Below the pieces are notes generated by a model. It was given only the letters and a program-made list of their open reading frames with translations. It ran no database searches and was not told where the DNA came from. The position numbers and the translations under genes were made by a program. This document shows positions 1 through 10,351 of a stretch of 64,000 nt of DNA, in pieces (position 1 is the stretch's first letter; each line of letters begins with the position of its first letter). The DNA comes from an uncultured Atopobium sp. (GTDB lineage Bacteria > Actinomycetota > Coriobacteriia > Coriobacteriales > Atopobiaceae): assembly GCA_963509815.1 (NCBI GenBank), contig CAUPCM010000005.1:149-64148 (forward strand), given 5' to 3'.

Positions 1-1358
1 GCTAGTCGAGCACTTACCTGTTTAACAGCAACAATAAACACATCAAGCGCTGCATCAAGCTCTTCCAACGTTGGGTAACTTGGCGCAATTCTGATATTAG
101 TATCAAAAGGATCTTTACCGGCTGGCCATGTAGCTCCTGCAGGTGTCATGGTAACACCCAGTTCATTGGCGCGAGAAACAATTGCGCGTGCAGAGCCAAC
201 AGGACCATCAAACGAGACAAAGTAGCCGCCCTTAGGATGAGACCAGGTTGCAACGCTTAAATCTCCCAGGCCTTCCTGCAATTTGCGTTCAACCAGTTCA
301 AAGCGTGGTCGAAGCAGCTCGGCATGCTTTTGCATATGAGCTTCAATGCCTTGAGTGTCTTTGAGAAAACGTACATGCGCTAACTGAGAGATTTTCTCGG
401 GAGAAACTCGAGCAACCTTGAAAGCGCTCTGGATTTCTTTAATGTCCGCAGGGCTTGCGGCAACCCATGCCATGCCTGAGCTTGGGAAGGTTACCTTTGC
501 CGTTGAAGCAAAAGCAATTACCAGATTCTTTTGAGCGCCTTCTGCAGCAACCTCTGAAAGTGCATCAAAGATATTTAAGAGCTGAAGAGCCTCAGATTCT
601 GGTACAAAGGCGTGAATTGCATAGGCGTTATCCCAGAAGATTCTAAAGTCAGGAGTTGCAGGTTTAAGGTTTGCAAACGCACGGACAACCTCGTCTGAAT
701 AGGTGATACCGGTAGGGTTTGCAAAACGTGGAACGCACCAAATTCCCTTAACAGAGCTGTCGTTTTCAACAAGCTCCTTGACCACGTCCATATTGGGTCC
801 GTCATCGGTCATAGGTACTGCAACGTTTTCAAAGCCGTAATGCTGTGTAATAGCAAAATGACGGTCATAGCCTGGAGCAGGGCACAGGAACTTGAGCGTG
901 GTACCCTGAGCCTTTGCAGCCGCCATCTGCTCAGCCCAAGAAGGCTGACCGGCAAGACCGTGGGTCACAGCATGAGAAATAATGTCATGCATAAGGTTAA
1001 GGCTAGAAGAGCCATTTACAATGACCTGATCAGCTGGTACACCTGTGAGCTCCGCGGCAAAGACTCGCGCAGAAGGAAGGCCCCAGGGGTCCCCGTAGTT
1101 GTCCGCAAAAGAGCCGCCGTCAGTCAGGTCAGAAGTGGAGTTCAGCTCATCAAGCATAGGCTTAGACAGTGCCGTCTGCGCAGGGCTTGGCTTTCCACGA
1201 GCCATATCAAGCTTGAGGTTTTTCTCGCCAAGTGCACGAGCTTCTTGTCCAATAAGCTCAAGGGCCTGGTTAAGCTCAGCGTCGCTCATCTTCTGATAAG
1301 CGTTTTGCTCAGAGGTTGATTTTGGCTGGAACAGCTCGCGAGAAACTAGCTCAAACAT
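1..1358 (-). CDS. PLP-dependent aminotransferase (class I/II fold, aspartate-aminotransferase-like); the C-terminal end runs off the window
   Basis: The minus-strand frame is open from the ATG at 1358-1356 to position 1. It is absent from the ORF track because no stop lies in the window. My translation reads MFELVSRELFQPKSTSEQNAYQKMSDAELNQALELIGQEARALGEKNLKLDMARGKPSPAQTALSKPMLDEL..., which is typical of the LDM(A/T)RGKPS aminotransferase family. The + strand ORFs 840..1319 and 1099..1296 are shadow frames. Confidence 0.7.
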   Translation of the reverse strand, partial: MFELVSRELFQPKSTSEQNAYQKMSDAELNQALELIGQEARALGEKNLKLDMARGKPSPAQTALSKPMLDELNSTSDLTDGGSFADNYGDPWGLPSARVFAAELTGVPADQVIVNGSSSLNLMHDIISHAVTHGLAGQPSWAEQMAAAKAQGTTLKFLCPAPGYDRHFAITQHYGFENVAVPMTDDGPNMDVVKELVENDSSVKGIWCVPRFANPTGITYSDEVVRAFANLKPATPDFRIFWDNAYAIHAFVPESEALQLLNIFDALSEVAAEGAQKNLVIAFASTAKVTFPSSGMAWVAASPADIKEIQSAFKVARVSPEKISQLAHVRFLKDTQGIEAHMQKHAELLRPRFELVERKLQEGLGDLSVATWSHPKGGYFVSFDGPVGSARAIVSRANELGVTMTPAGATWPAGKDPFDTNIRIAPSYPTLEELDAALDVFIVAVKQVSARL

Positions 1359-1430
1359 GACACTCCCCTTTTCGGTCTCTGCGTGATACAAAGTATAGGT
1401 GATTTGAAAATCGACGCGACAAGGAGAATC

Positions 1431-1700
1431 ATGGCAAATTCTGCACAGCCTGGCATGCGCTCGGAGGCATATGGCGAGCTCCAGCACCTTGTTGACAACC
1501 TTTATAAGCACAAACCGTCGGGCACGGTCACTAAGGTTGACGTGCTGATTCAAGCCGAAGTGGACGATCTTGAAGAAGATTTGCAAGAAGTTATTGAGTT
1601 GATTCCCTCTGGCACATATGTCCGTGCTCGCCTCTGCGATCAGATTAACTCAATTGTTACGGCGCATGGTTGGGGCTTTACTTACGGCACCGTCGAATAA
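1431..1700 (+). CDS. small hypothetical protein (possibly DUF2795-like)
   Basis: The ORF is 1383..1700. The internal ATG at 1431 is preceded by AAGGAG 5 nt upstream. The pattern ...VDVLIQAEVDDLEEDLQEVIELIPSGTYVRARLCDQINSIV loosely resembles the DUF2795 helix pattern. Confidence 0.5.
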   Translation: MANSAQPGMRSEAYGELQHLVDNLYKHKPSGTVTKVDVLIQAEVDDLEEDLQEVIELIPSGTYVRARLCDQINSIVTAHGWGFTYGTVE

Positions 1701-1778
1701 CCATAGCTTATTGATTTTATATAAGTGATAAAATTGCATGTATAAGGCGGTCTTTTTCTCACAAGTTGGAGGCTCGTC

Positions 1779-2063
1779 ATGTATGACTCTTGGAAAGATT
1801 TTTTCATTAGCATCTTTAATAGAGGTATATTCTTTGATACTTCTACTCCAACAGCTCATCTTATTAATAAGATAGTCAATATTTGTTTGCTTCTTATATG
1901 GCTATTCACCATTGTCTCGATGTGTCTCTCTCCTGCAGGACAAGATGCCTCAATAGGCGGAGTAAATATTCTACGCGCCAGTTTTTTAATAACTTCTGCG
2001 TATTATTTTGTGGGGCTCTGCATTTTAATAGTCAAGAATAGAAAGAGTCGTACGTCTCATTAG
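1779..2063 (+). CDS. small hypothetical membrane protein (two predicted TM helices)
   Basis: 94-aa ORF with GGAGG 7 nt upstream of the ATG and two hydrophobic stretches. It lies in an AT-rich islet and I recognise no family. Confidence 0.4.
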   Translation: MYDSWKDFFISIFNRGIFFDTSTPTAHLINKIVNICLLLIWLFTIVSMCLSPAGQDASIGGVNILRASFLITSAYYFVGLCILIVKNRKSRTSH

Positions 2064-2069
2064 ATTTTT

Positions 2070-3437
2070 TTACTCGCTGTTTTCCCGCATACTGTTCTTG
2101 CGATGCTTATAGAACTCTGCGAGGTGTACAAAGAGTAGGCCCAAAATTGCAGAAGCAAACGATGCGGCGAGGACAGCTACCTTAGCTGCAAGTATCTCCC
2201 CTGCATCGGGGAATGCAAGATTAGAGATAAGAATTGACATGGTAAAGCCAAGGCCGCCCATAAGACCAACAGCAGTAATCTGAATCCAGTCAACTTGTGC
2301 AGGAAGCTTGCAAATCTTACATTTGACCAGCAACAACGTTACAAAAATAATTCCTAGTGGCTTACCAAGAACGGCACCTAAGAAAACGCCATGTGCAATA
2401 GTGCTGCTTAGTAGAGCACCAAAATCTGCTCCCACGAGCGTAATCTGTGCGTTTACAAAGGCAAAAATAGGCAGAACAACAAAGTTTACAAAGACAGAAA
2501 TATAGTGCTCAACACGCTGAAGCGGTGGAGTTACGTGATGCATGACCTGCTCGATAGAGTTGGCACCATGGGTAAAGTCATGCTGACCTAAAACGTGATG
2601 CTCGTCATCGTAGTGATCATCAAGCTCACGAGCGCGTCTTGAAAGCCAGCTTCCCAGCTTACTCAAGCGAACATCAGAGTGAGATGGCAAGAAGAAGGCA
2701 AGAAGGACGCCCGAAAGGGTAGCGTGAATTCCTGAGTGGTACATGCAGACCCAAAGAACCAAACCAACAAGCAAATAAGGGCCGGAAGAATAAATCTTTA
2801 AGCGATTCATTCCCCATAGAATAACAAGAACACCAAGAGAAGCTGCTAACCAGGCAATATTTGGCGTCTGGCCATAAAAGAGCGCGATAACCACAATTGC
2901 CAGGATATCGTCAGCAATAGCAAGTGTCTGGAAGAACACCTTAGTCTGTGGGCTAATTCTGTTGCCCAACAGCGACATGACACCCAGCGCAAACGCAATA
3001 TCGGTTGCAATTGGCGTTGCCCATCCATGAGGAGCAGTACTTGCATTGAGCGCCAGATAAATGAGGGCAGGAACTGCGACACCGCCGACAGCAGCAAGCA
3101 TAGGGAGCATTGCTTGTCTTGGCTTTCTAAGCTGGCCAACAGTTACTTCATATTTGAGCTCGATGCCTACCAGCAAGAAGAAAATTGCCATAAGGAAGTC
3201 ATTCACAAAGGTCTCTAGAGCCATATGTGCATGAATCATTCCAAGCGAGAAACTCATTTGGACTTCAAGAATTTCTCGAACCACCTCATGAGCAGGTGAA
3301 TTGGCAACTACAAGTGCAATAAGAGCCGCAAGCACCATGACTGCTGCTGCAATAGTGCTGTTAGAGGTAATTCTCTTTAGAGAAGAGCGCTGGCTAATTC
3401 TTCTTACTACAACGGGCTCTCTATAAATACTAGACAT
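2070..3437 (-). CDS. nhaA: Na+/H+ antiporter NhaA
   Basis: 455-aa polytopic protein with NhaA hallmarks: FFLLVGIELKYE, PIATDIAFALGV and AIADDILAIVVIALFY. Confidence 0.9.
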   Translation of the reverse strand: MSSIYREPVVVRRISQRSSLKRITSNSTIAAAVMVLAALIALVVANSPAHEVVREILEVQMSFSLGMIHAHMALETFVNDFLMAIFFLLVGIELKYEVTVGQLRKPRQAMLPMLAAVGGVAVPALIYLALNASTAPHGWATPIATDIAFALGVMSLLGNRISPQTKVFFQTLAIADDILAIVVIALFYGQTPNIAWLAASLGVLVILWGMNRLKIYSSGPYLLVGLVLWVCMYHSGIHATLSGVLLAFFLPSHSDVRLSKLGSWLSRRARELDDHYDDEHHVLGQHDFTHGANSIEQVMHHVTPPLQRVEHYISVFVNFVVLPIFAFVNAQITLVGADFGALLSSTIAHGVFLGAVLGKPLGIIFVTLLLVKCKICKLPAQVDWIQITAVGLMGGLGFTMSILISNLAFPDAGEILAAKVAVLAASFASAILGLLFVHLAEFYKHRKNSMRENSE

Positions 3438-3641
3438 TATCTGCCGTTCTCTCTTTATCTAAATGGTATTGACCGTTAGCTATGCAAGTTTTTCTCGATT
3501 TATATGCCTAGTGTACCGTCTACCTACCGTTGAGGGCAACTTGTCATATCTCAAAAAAACGGGGTATATCTCTATGTAAAATGTGGGTAATAGAAAGTCA
3601 ACGTTTAGCTACTTGTAGCACGTATATATTTGGAGCGGATA

Positions 3642-4499
3642 ATGGACACTAAGCGAATTGCCATCATCACAGACTCAGGAACTAATGTCCCACCTGATTT
3701 TGTTGCTGAACACAATATTCGTATCACCCCACTTCGCATTAACTATTCTGACGGCTCTTCCTATGAGTCTGGTATTACCATCACGCCAGCTGAGCTTGTT
3801 GCTCGCTTTGAAGAAGAGGTTCCAAAGACTTCGCTTCCTTCTCCTGAGGGCATTAAGGCTGCCTTTGATGATGCAAAAGCAGCAGGGTACGAGGGTGCTG
3901 TTTACGTTGCTATCTCTTCTGGACTTTCCGCTACCTGCGATACTGCTCGCATGATTGCAGAGTCCATTACAGACTTCCCCATTTATGTTGTTGATACCAA
4001 AAACATTGGTATTGCTTCTGGCCTTATTGTTATTGAGGCTCAACGTCTTATTGATCAGGGTCTTTCTCTTGAGGAGATTGGCGCCAAACTTGATCAGGCA
4101 TCTCTGAACACACGTGTATACTTCTCTGTTCCAAGCCTTGAGTACCTGCGTAAGGGCGGCCGCATTTCTGAGGCAATTTATCGTATTGGCTCTATGCTTA
4201 ACATCAAACCCGTTCTTACCTGTGACGAAAATGGTAAATACACCATTGCAAAGAAGACTCGCGGTTGGCAGAAGTCTCTTGCAGGACAGATTGCTCTAGG
4301 AGCAGCCTTTGCTCAGCAATTTGACCACGTTCATGTGGGCATTTGCTGCTCTGCTCCTAATATCATTTACTCCGAAATGGAGGCCATGATTAAAGAGGCG
4401 ATCCCTAATGTCACCGACTTTAGGTATGTCGAGGCAGGCTCGGACCTTGTTGTCCATACTGGACCAGGCCTTGTTGGCTATGCTGTATTTGGCTACTAA
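3642..4499 (+). CDS. DegV family fatty-acid-binding protein
   Basis: MDTKRIAIITDSGTNVP..., SGLSATCDTA and HTGPGLVGYAVFGY are typical DegV motifs. The ATG at 3642 has GGAG upstream; the ORF track starts at a TTG at 3630. Confidence 0.9.
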   Translation: MDTKRIAIITDSGTNVPPDFVAEHNIRITPLRINYSDGSSYESGITITPAELVARFEEEVPKTSLPSPEGIKAAFDDAKAAGYEGAVYVAISSGLSATCDTARMIAESITDFPIYVVDTKNIGIASGLIVIEAQRLIDQGLSLEEIGAKLDQASLNTRVYFSVPSLEYLRKGGRISEAIYRIGSMLNIKPVLTCDENGKYTIAKKTRGWQKSLAGQIALGAAFAQQFDHVHVGICCSAPNIIYSEMEAMIKEAIPNVTDFRYVEAGSDLVVHTGPGLVGYAVFGY

Positions 4500-4524
4500 A
4501 AGTTAATTGCCTCATGCAACTAAG

Positions 4525-4556
4525 AACAGCCGTCTACTCAGGCGGCTGTTTTCTTG
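4525..4556 (+). terminator. intrinsic terminator after the degV-like gene
   Basis: aacagccg-tctactcagg-cggctgtt followed by ttttctt, 26 nt after the stop codon. Confidence 0.55.
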
Positions 4557-4570
4557 TAGAGAGTATGTGT

Positions 4571-4590
4571 GGCGAGAAGATCTTCTCGCC
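4571..4590. repeat. perfect 20-bp palindrome GGCGAGAAGA/TCTTCTCGCC (a member of the GGCGAGAA hairpin family)
   Basis: ggcgagaagatcttctcgcc read directly. It lies between the convergent degV-like and rnhA genes and has no T-run. Confidence 0.8.
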
Positions 4591-4604
4591 CTACGCTTCT
4601 GGGG

Positions 4605-5117
4605 TTACAGCAATGGCTGGTCAGCGAAGAAACCATGGTCGTCAAGAAGATTGGAGCCGTCAGCAGCTTCAGTTGCCAGCTGATCGCAGCGCTCGTTAAG
4701 CGGATGACCCGCGTGACCCTTAACCCACTTGAAGCTCACCTCATGGTCTTCCATAGCAGCAAGGAGGCGCTTCCAAAGGTCTACGTTTTTGACCGGCTCT
4801 TTAGAAGCCGTCTTCCAGCCTTTTCTAATCCATCCCGAGACCCATTTTTGATTAAACGCATCAACTACGTACTTGGAATCGGAATAGAGCTCTACCTGAC
4901 AGGGGCGCTTAAGGGCCTCAAGTGCAACAATGACGCCAAGGAGCTCCATACGGTTATTCGTAGTGGTTTTATAACCCTGACTGAACTCTTTTGTATGCTG
5001 CTGGCCGGAGGGATCGGTGTACAGAAGCACTGCCCCATAGCCACCAGGACCAGGGTTTCCTCGAGACGCACCGTCTGTATAGACTGTGACGTGCATATAT
5101 GAGGTTGCAGCCTCCAT
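4605..5117 (-). CDS. rnhA: ribonuclease HI
   Basis: [45 protein letters not shown] and [16 protein letters not shown] match the RNase H catalytic core. It lies directly downstream of polA. Confidence 0.92.
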   Translation of the reverse strand: MEAATSYMHVTVYTDGASRGNPGPGGYGAVLLYTDPSGQQHTKEFSQGYKTTTNNRMELLGVIVALEALKRPCQVELYSDSKYVVDAFNQKWVSGWIRKGWKTASKEPVKNVDLWKRLLAAMEDHEVSFKWVKGHAGHPLNERCDQLATEAADGSNLLDDHGFFADQPLL

Positions 5118-5151
5118 ACCAAATCTCCTCTAGAACGTACGTTGAACGTGC

Positions 5152-7890
5152 CTACTTTGCCTCAGCCCAATTGGAACCATAGCTGACATCGGCAATCAGA
5201 GGAACACGCAGGGTAACAACGTCTTCCATGGTCTCTTTTACCAGTGCAGAAACTGTCTCAATCTCTGACTTTGGAACTTCCAAGTCAAGTTCGTCGTGAA
5301 TCTGAAGAATCAGCTTTGATGCAAGACCCTCATCACGCAGGCGTTTCTCGACATTAATCATTGCAATTTTGATAATGTCTGCGGCACTTCCCTGCATAGG
5401 GTGATTCATAGCAGTGCGCTCGCCAAAGGCAATTAGCTGACGATTTGACTGGTTAAACTCTCTAATGTGGCGCTTACGGCCGTACATGGTAACCGCATAA
5501 CCAGTCTCGTGAGCGGTGCGGACGGAATCATCCAGATAGGCACGAACGCCAGGATAGGCGTCAAAGTAGCGGTCAATCATCTCTTGCGCTTCCTTGCGGG
5601 AAATCTTCAGAGACGTTGCCAGACCAAAGGCCTGCTGACCATAGACAATGCCAAAGTTAACTGCCTTAGCGCGACTGCGAAGTGCTGGGGTAACCTCTTC
5701 AACAGGTACACCAAAGACGCGTGCAGCTGTTGCTGCATGGAAGTCAGCACCAGAGTTAAATGCTGCTACCAGGTGCTCGTCAGCAGAGAGGTGCGCGAGC
5801 AGGCGAAGCTCAATCTGGGAGTAGTCGCAGGCGAGAAAAACGCTGCCCTCGGGAACGGTAAAGGCCGTGCGGACACGATGTCCCAGCTCAGAACGGGTAG
5901 GAATGTTCTGCAGGTTTGGATCGGAGCTGGAAAGCCTGCCTGTTGCAGCTACGGTCTGATTGAATGTGGTGTGGATACGCTTATCGCCACGAATAAGCGC
6001 AGGAAGCGCATCAAGATAGGTTGATTTAATCTTGGCGCGCTCACGATATTCAAGGACGTCAGCAACAATCTGGTACTCCTGCGCCAACTCTCCCAGAACC
6101 TTTGCATTGGTGGAGTAAAAACCAGTGCGCGTCTTTTTGAGACCATAGGTTGGAAGTTTAAGCACGTCAAACAAGATATGCGAAAGCTGGCTTGGAGAAT
6201 CCAAGTTGAAATCTTCACCTGCGGTCTGGTGAATGCTTGCCACGCGCTGCGCTATATCTTCCGCTAGCTGAGCAGACTGCTGAGCAAGTTTTTGAGGATC
6301 AACGTAGAGACCACGACGCTCCATCGCAGCAAGTACAGGCAAAAGCTGCATCTCAAGCGCAGCAAACAGCTCATATGAGCCATCATCTTCAAGTTTTTTA
6401 GTCAGTACAGGAACAAGGTTTCTTGCAGCTACTGCCCTTAATGCTGCTGCAGGAATATCGTCTGTAGGCTCAGGAAGCTCAGAGCCAAAGTACAGTTCAA
6501 CCAAGCCATTAATATCAAAACTTGAACGATCTGACTCAAGCAGATACGCGGCAACGCCCGTATCAAAGAGTCGGTCAGAATCAATAGTTTCAATATCCAT
6601 CTTCTGTGGCTCGGACGAATCAACAGGGCTTACCTCATGAAGCAGCGCCTTGACATCGTCTGCAGCAACACGGGCTTCTCGCAAAATACGCAAGAGTGCT
6701 GCGGTGGCGTTTTCTCCCTCAAACTTAAGAAGTGCCTTTTCTGTAGACACCCAAAGTGTGCGAGAAAGGCTAAAGAGTGCTCCAGCGTCCGCCGCAGAAT
6801 CCTGGGCAACGCCAATCCACTCCTGGTTCTCAAGAGCAGCGGTCAGAGCAGCAGATGCGTCTCCTGCCTGCAGATACTCTGACGGAATAGGAAGCGCAGG
6901 TGTAGCAGATGCGGTTTGTGCAACTGCGCCAGCAGCAGAGCCACCGGCCATGCGAGCAAGCCTTGAGGTCATGCCCGTAAAGCCCAAAGCCGAGAAAGCC
7001 TTGACCACGTCATTTGGATCAAACGTTGGGAACTGAGCATCTTCCAGGTTGATATCAAGCGGCGCATCAGTGCGAATAGTAGCAACCTTACGGGAGAGCA
7101 GCGCGTCATCAATATGAGCGCGAAGGTTTTCTCCCACCTTGCCCTTGACCTCGTCAGCGTGAGCAATGACCTGGTCAAGCGAGCCATACTCCACAATCAG
7201 AGCAGCAGCTTTCTTGGGGCCAATTCCAGGAACGCCCGGAATGTTGTCGGAAGAATCTCCCTTAAGACCATAGAAATCTGGGACAAGCTCTGGCGTAATA
7301 CCAGCGTAGAGATCTGCCACAGTCTCTGGCGTCATAATTGAGACGTCAGAAACGCCTTTGCGCGTAGAAACAATCTTGACGTTTTCTGTGGAGAGCTGGT
7401 ACATATCACGGTCGCCCGTGAAGAGCAGCATTTGATACCCCTCTGCCTCGCCGCGACGAGCAAGGGTACCCAAGATATCGTCGCCCTCCCAGCCTTCAAG
7501 CTGGCAGACAGGAACATCAAGTGTCTTGAGCAGCTCTTTGACTATGGGAAACTGTGCGTGCAAAGCGGGGTCCATAGGAGGACGCTGAGCCTTGTACTGA
7601 GGCAACATATCAATGCGAACCTGTGGCTTGCCCTTATCAAAGGCACAAATGACACCATCTGGCGAGAAGGACTCAACAAGCTTGATAAACATGTTGAAGA
7701 AGCCAAAGAGCGCTCCGGTTGGCGTGCCATCTGGTGCTGCCATAGGCTGACGGATTGCATGGAATGCTCGATGCATAAGTGAATTTCCGTCAATAACGGC
7801 AATGGTTCTACGTGGTTTAGCTGCACCTTCTTTGGTTGATGCGGCCTCATTTTGATCTGTAGTATCAACTGGCATAGTAGTATCAGACAT
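5152..7890 (-). CDS. polA: DNA polymerase I
   Basis: 912 aa. It has an N-terminal 5'-nuclease domain (IDGNSLMHRAFHA, GDRDMYQL, GVPGIGPKKAA) and C-terminal family A polymerase motifs (DYSQIELRLLAH, RSRAKAVNFGIVYG, QIHDELDLEV). Confidence 0.97.
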   Translation of the reverse strand: MSDTTMPVDTTDQNEAASTKEGAAKPRRTIAVIDGNSLMHRAFHAIRQPMAAPDGTPTGALFGFFNMFIKLVESFSPDGVICAFDKGKPQVRIDMLPQYKAQRPPMDPALHAQFPIVKELLKTLDVPVCQLEGWEGDDILGTLARRGEAEGYQMLLFTGDRDMYQLSTENVKIVSTRKGVSDVSIMTPETVADLYAGITPELVPDFYGLKGDSSDNIPGVPGIGPKKAAALIVEYGSLDQVIAHADEVKGKVGENLRAHIDDALLSRKVATIRTDAPLDINLEDAQFPTFDPNDVVKAFSALGFTGMTSRLARMAGGSAAGAVAQTASATPALPIPSEYLQAGDASAALTAALENQEWIGVAQDSAADAGALFSLSRTLWVSTEKALLKFEGENATAALLRILREARVAADDVKALLHEVSPVDSSEPQKMDIETIDSDRLFDTGVAAYLLESDRSSFDINGLVELYFGSELPEPTDDIPAAALRAVAARNLVPVLTKKLEDDGSYELFAALEMQLLPVLAAMERRGLYVDPQKLAQQSAQLAEDIAQRVASIHQTAGEDFNLDSPSQLSHILFDVLKLPTYGLKKTRTGFYSTNAKVLGELAQEYQIVADVLEYRERAKIKSTYLDALPALIRGDKRIHTTFNQTVAATGRLSSSDPNLQNIPTRSELGHRVRTAFTVPEGSVFLACDYSQIELRLLAHLSADEHLVAAFNSGADFHAATAARVFGVPVEEVTPALRSRAKAVNFGIVYGQQAFGLATSLKISRKEAQEMIDRYFDAYPGVRAYLDDSVRTAHETGYAVTMYGRKRHIREFNQSNRQLIAFGERTAMNHPMQGSAADIIKIAMINVEKRLRDEGLASKLILQIHDELDLEVPKSEIETVSALVKETMEDVVTLRVPLIADVSYGSNWAEAK

Positions 7891-8137
7891 ACCTGCTCCT
7901 CTTAGTTTTGTGTGCTTCTATTGTACTAAGACTTCTTCCGCTTATGCGCGCCAGAGCCCACGGAAACAAAGCCCACATCTCTTCTGACGGCGGCTAAAAT
8001 TTTTTGTAATCGTTATGTTTCTGTTCGCATCCTCGACACTCTGACTCTGCCAAACGTGCGAAAATAACAACCAACATAACGTGCCCAGCACGCGAGAAAA
8101 CAGACTAACTGCCAGCATTTACCCACAAGGAGGGGCT

Positions 8138-10231
8138 GTGGCTCACGACAAAGTTTCTCAAGAATTTGGCTCACTTCTCTTTACCGACGCAGATATGCAA
8201 GAACGTCTGCCAAGGCCAACGTACAAGAAACTTCGTAGTGTCATCCAGGACGGCAAGCCACTTGACCTCGACATTGCAAACGAGGTTGCGCATGCCATGA
8301 AAGAGTGGGCACTTGAAAAGGGTGCTACTCACTTCACACACTGGTTCCAACCTCTCACAGGTATTACTTCCGAGAAGCACGACAGCTTTATGACTCCTCA
8401 GGGAAACGGCACTATTTTAATGTCCTTCTCGGGAAAAGAGCTGGTACAGGGCGAGCCTGACGCATCAAGCTTCCCTTCTGGTGGCCTGCGTGCCACGTTT
8501 GAGGCTCGTGGCTACACGGTTTGGGATCCCGCAAGCCCAACCTTCATCAAAGACGAAGTCCTCTGTATTCCAACTGCATTTATTTCATACACTGGAGAAG
8601 CTCTGGATAAGCGCACTCCTCTGCTTCGTTCCCAGGTTGCCCTAGAGAAGCAGGCCAAGCGCGTTCTTGCACTCTTTGGACAAGAGCCTTCTCGCGTTGT
8701 CACAAACATTGGTCCTGAGCAGGAGTACTTCCTTATCAAAGAGGAAGACTTTGAGCAGCGTCCTGATCTTATCCTTTGTGGCCGTACCCTCTTTGGTTGC
8801 GAGCCAAGCAAGGGTCAGGAACTTGACGAGCACTACTTTGGCGCTATTCGTCCAACCGTCAACAACTTCATGAAAGAGCTTGATGACGAACTCTGGAAGC
8901 TGGGCATTCCTGCAAAGACCAAGCATAACGAGGTTGCTCCTTGCCAGCATGAGCTTGCACCTGTATTTGAGCAGGGAGCACTTGCTATTGACAACAACCT
9001 TCTAACCATGGAGAAGCTTAAGCTTCTTGCTCCTCACCACGGCCTTGCCTGCCTTGAGCACGAGAAGCCCTTTGAGTACGTCAATGGCTCCGGTAAGCAC
9101 GACAACTGGTCACTCTCCGCAGATAACGAGAACCTGCTTGAACCTGGCGATAAGCCTGGCGAGAACCTCCGCTTCCTAGTCTTCCTTGCGTGCCTTGTAG
9201 CCGCTGTTGACTCTCATGCAGACCTTCTGCGCATGTCGGTTGCATCTGCTGGAAACGATCACCGTCTTGGCGCAAACGAGGCTCCACCAGCGATTGTCTC
9301 AGTCTTTTTGGGTGCTGCGCTTTCTGTAATTGTTGATGACCTCATCACTGGCTCTGATGTTCACGGTGCAAAGCGCACTCGTATGGATCTTGGCGTACCA
9401 ACACTTCCTGCAGTTCTTAGGGACAACACGGATAGAAACCGTACCAGCCCCTTTGCGTTTACTGGTAACAAGTTTGAGTTCCGTATGTGCGGCAGCCAGC
9501 AGAACCTCTCTGATCCTAACGTCATTTTGAACACCATTGTTGCCGAGCAGTGTGACCGCTTTGCAAACGATCTTGAAGACGCTTCTGAGGAGAACTTTAC
9601 CAAGGAAGCTTTGAGGTGGGTTATTGATACCTTCAAAGCTCACGAGCGCATCCTCTTTGAAGGCAATGGCTACTCAGGCGATTGGGAGAAACTTGCCGAA
9701 GAGCGCGGCCTTCCAAACCTCCGCACCACCCCTGAGGCGCTTCCTGCAATGGTTGCTCCAGAGAACATTAAGCTCTTTGAGCGCTACGGTGTTCTTTCCC
9801 AGGCAGAAGCACAAGCTCGCTACGTTGCAAAGGCAGAGCAATACGCTAAGGTTCTCAACATTGAGGCTCGTACCATGCTGTATATGACGCGCCACATGTA
9901 TCTGCCTGCCCTCTTTACCTACTCAAGTGATGTTGCCTCTTCAGTTGCTGCTAAGCAGGCTATTGGTATCAAGAGCGCTGCAGAAACAGAGATTGTTGAG
10001 AAGCTCACCGCAGGTATTGACGAGATTTACGCAGCTACCAACAGCCTTGATAAGATCAATACCACAGCTCACCAGATGAAGGATCAGCCTCAGGAGCAGT
10101 GCGAATACTACTGCAATGAAGTTCTTCCGGCTATGGCCCGCCTCCGCAGTGCTGTTGACTCTATGGAGCTCATCTGCGGACACGACTGGTGGCCAGTACC
10201 TAGCTACAACAAGATGCTCTTCTACGTCTAA
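8138..10231 (+). CDS. glnN: glutamine synthetase type III
   Basis: About 700 aa, with a GSIII-type N-terminus ([31 protein letters not shown]) and core ([10 protein letters not shown]). The ORF track starts at 8081. I prefer the GTG at 8138 because AAGGAGG lies 5 nt upstream. Confidence 0.88.
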   Translation: MAHDKVSQEFGSLLFTDADMQERLPRPTYKKLRSVIQDGKPLDLDIANEVAHAMKEWALEKGATHFTHWFQPLTGITSEKHDSFMTPQGNGTILMSFSGKELVQGEPDASSFPSGGLRATFEARGYTVWDPASPTFIKDEVLCIPTAFISYTGEALDKRTPLLRSQVALEKQAKRVLALFGQEPSRVVTNIGPEQEYFLIKEEDFEQRPDLILCGRTLFGCEPSKGQELDEHYFGAIRPTVNNFMKELDDELWKLGIPAKTKHNEVAPCQHELAPVFEQGALAIDNNLLTMEKLKLLAPHHGLACLEHEKPFEYVNGSGKHDNWSLSADNENLLEPGDKPGENLRFLVFLACLVAAVDSHADLLRMSVASAGNDHRLGANEAPPAIVSVFLGAALSVIVDDLITGSDVHGAKRTRMDLGVPTLPAVLRDNTDRNRTSPFAFTGNKFEFRMCGSQQNLSDPNVILNTIVAEQCDRFANDLEDASEENFTKEALRWVIDTFKAHERILFEGNGYSGDWEKLAEERGLPNLRTTPEALPAMVAPENIKLFERYGVLSQAEAQARYVAKAEQYAKVLNIEARTMLYMTRHMYLPALFTYSSDVASSVAAKQAIGIKSAAETEIVEKLTAGIDEIYAATNSLDKINTTAHQMKDQPQEQCEYYCNEVLPAMARLRSAVDSMELICGHDWWPVPSYNKMLFYV

Positions 10232-10250
10232 TTCTTCATCAGAGCTTCTT

Positions 10251-10274
10251 GGCGAGAAAATCGGTCTTCTCGCC
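10251..10274. repeat. GGCGAGAA-N8-TTCTCGCC hairpin (GGCGAGAA family)
   Basis: ggcgagaa aatcggtc ttctcgcc, 20 nt after the glnN stop and upstream of the true terminator. Confidence 0.75.
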
Positions 10275-10291
10275 ACTTCACCTATAAAGCA

Positions 10292-10321
10292 AAACGGCTC
10301 AGGTTACCTGGGCCGTTTTTT
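10292..10321. terminator. bidirectional intrinsic terminator between glnN and the convergent SBP gene
   Basis: aaaacggctcagg-ttac-cctgggccgtttttt. There is a run of A before the stem and a run of T after it. Confidence 0.7.
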
Positions 10322-10351
10322 GGTGTCCAAATGCTTAACGTTTAGAAAGAA

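Noticed and set aside
840-1319. + strand ORFs 840..1319 and 1099..1296, and the short ORFs 455..646 and 575..805.
   Set aside because: All lie within the long minus-strand aminotransferase frame, which runs uninterrupted from 1358 to the window edge.
7891-8137. Possible GlnR/TnrA-type operator or glutamine riboswitch upstream of the type III glutamine synthetase gene.
   Set aside because: I found no TGTNA-N7-TNACA or GTnAC-N6-GaAAC site in the correct orientation. Only a direct repeat AACGTGC x2 (about 8054 and 8079) of unknown meaning is present, which is too weak to call.
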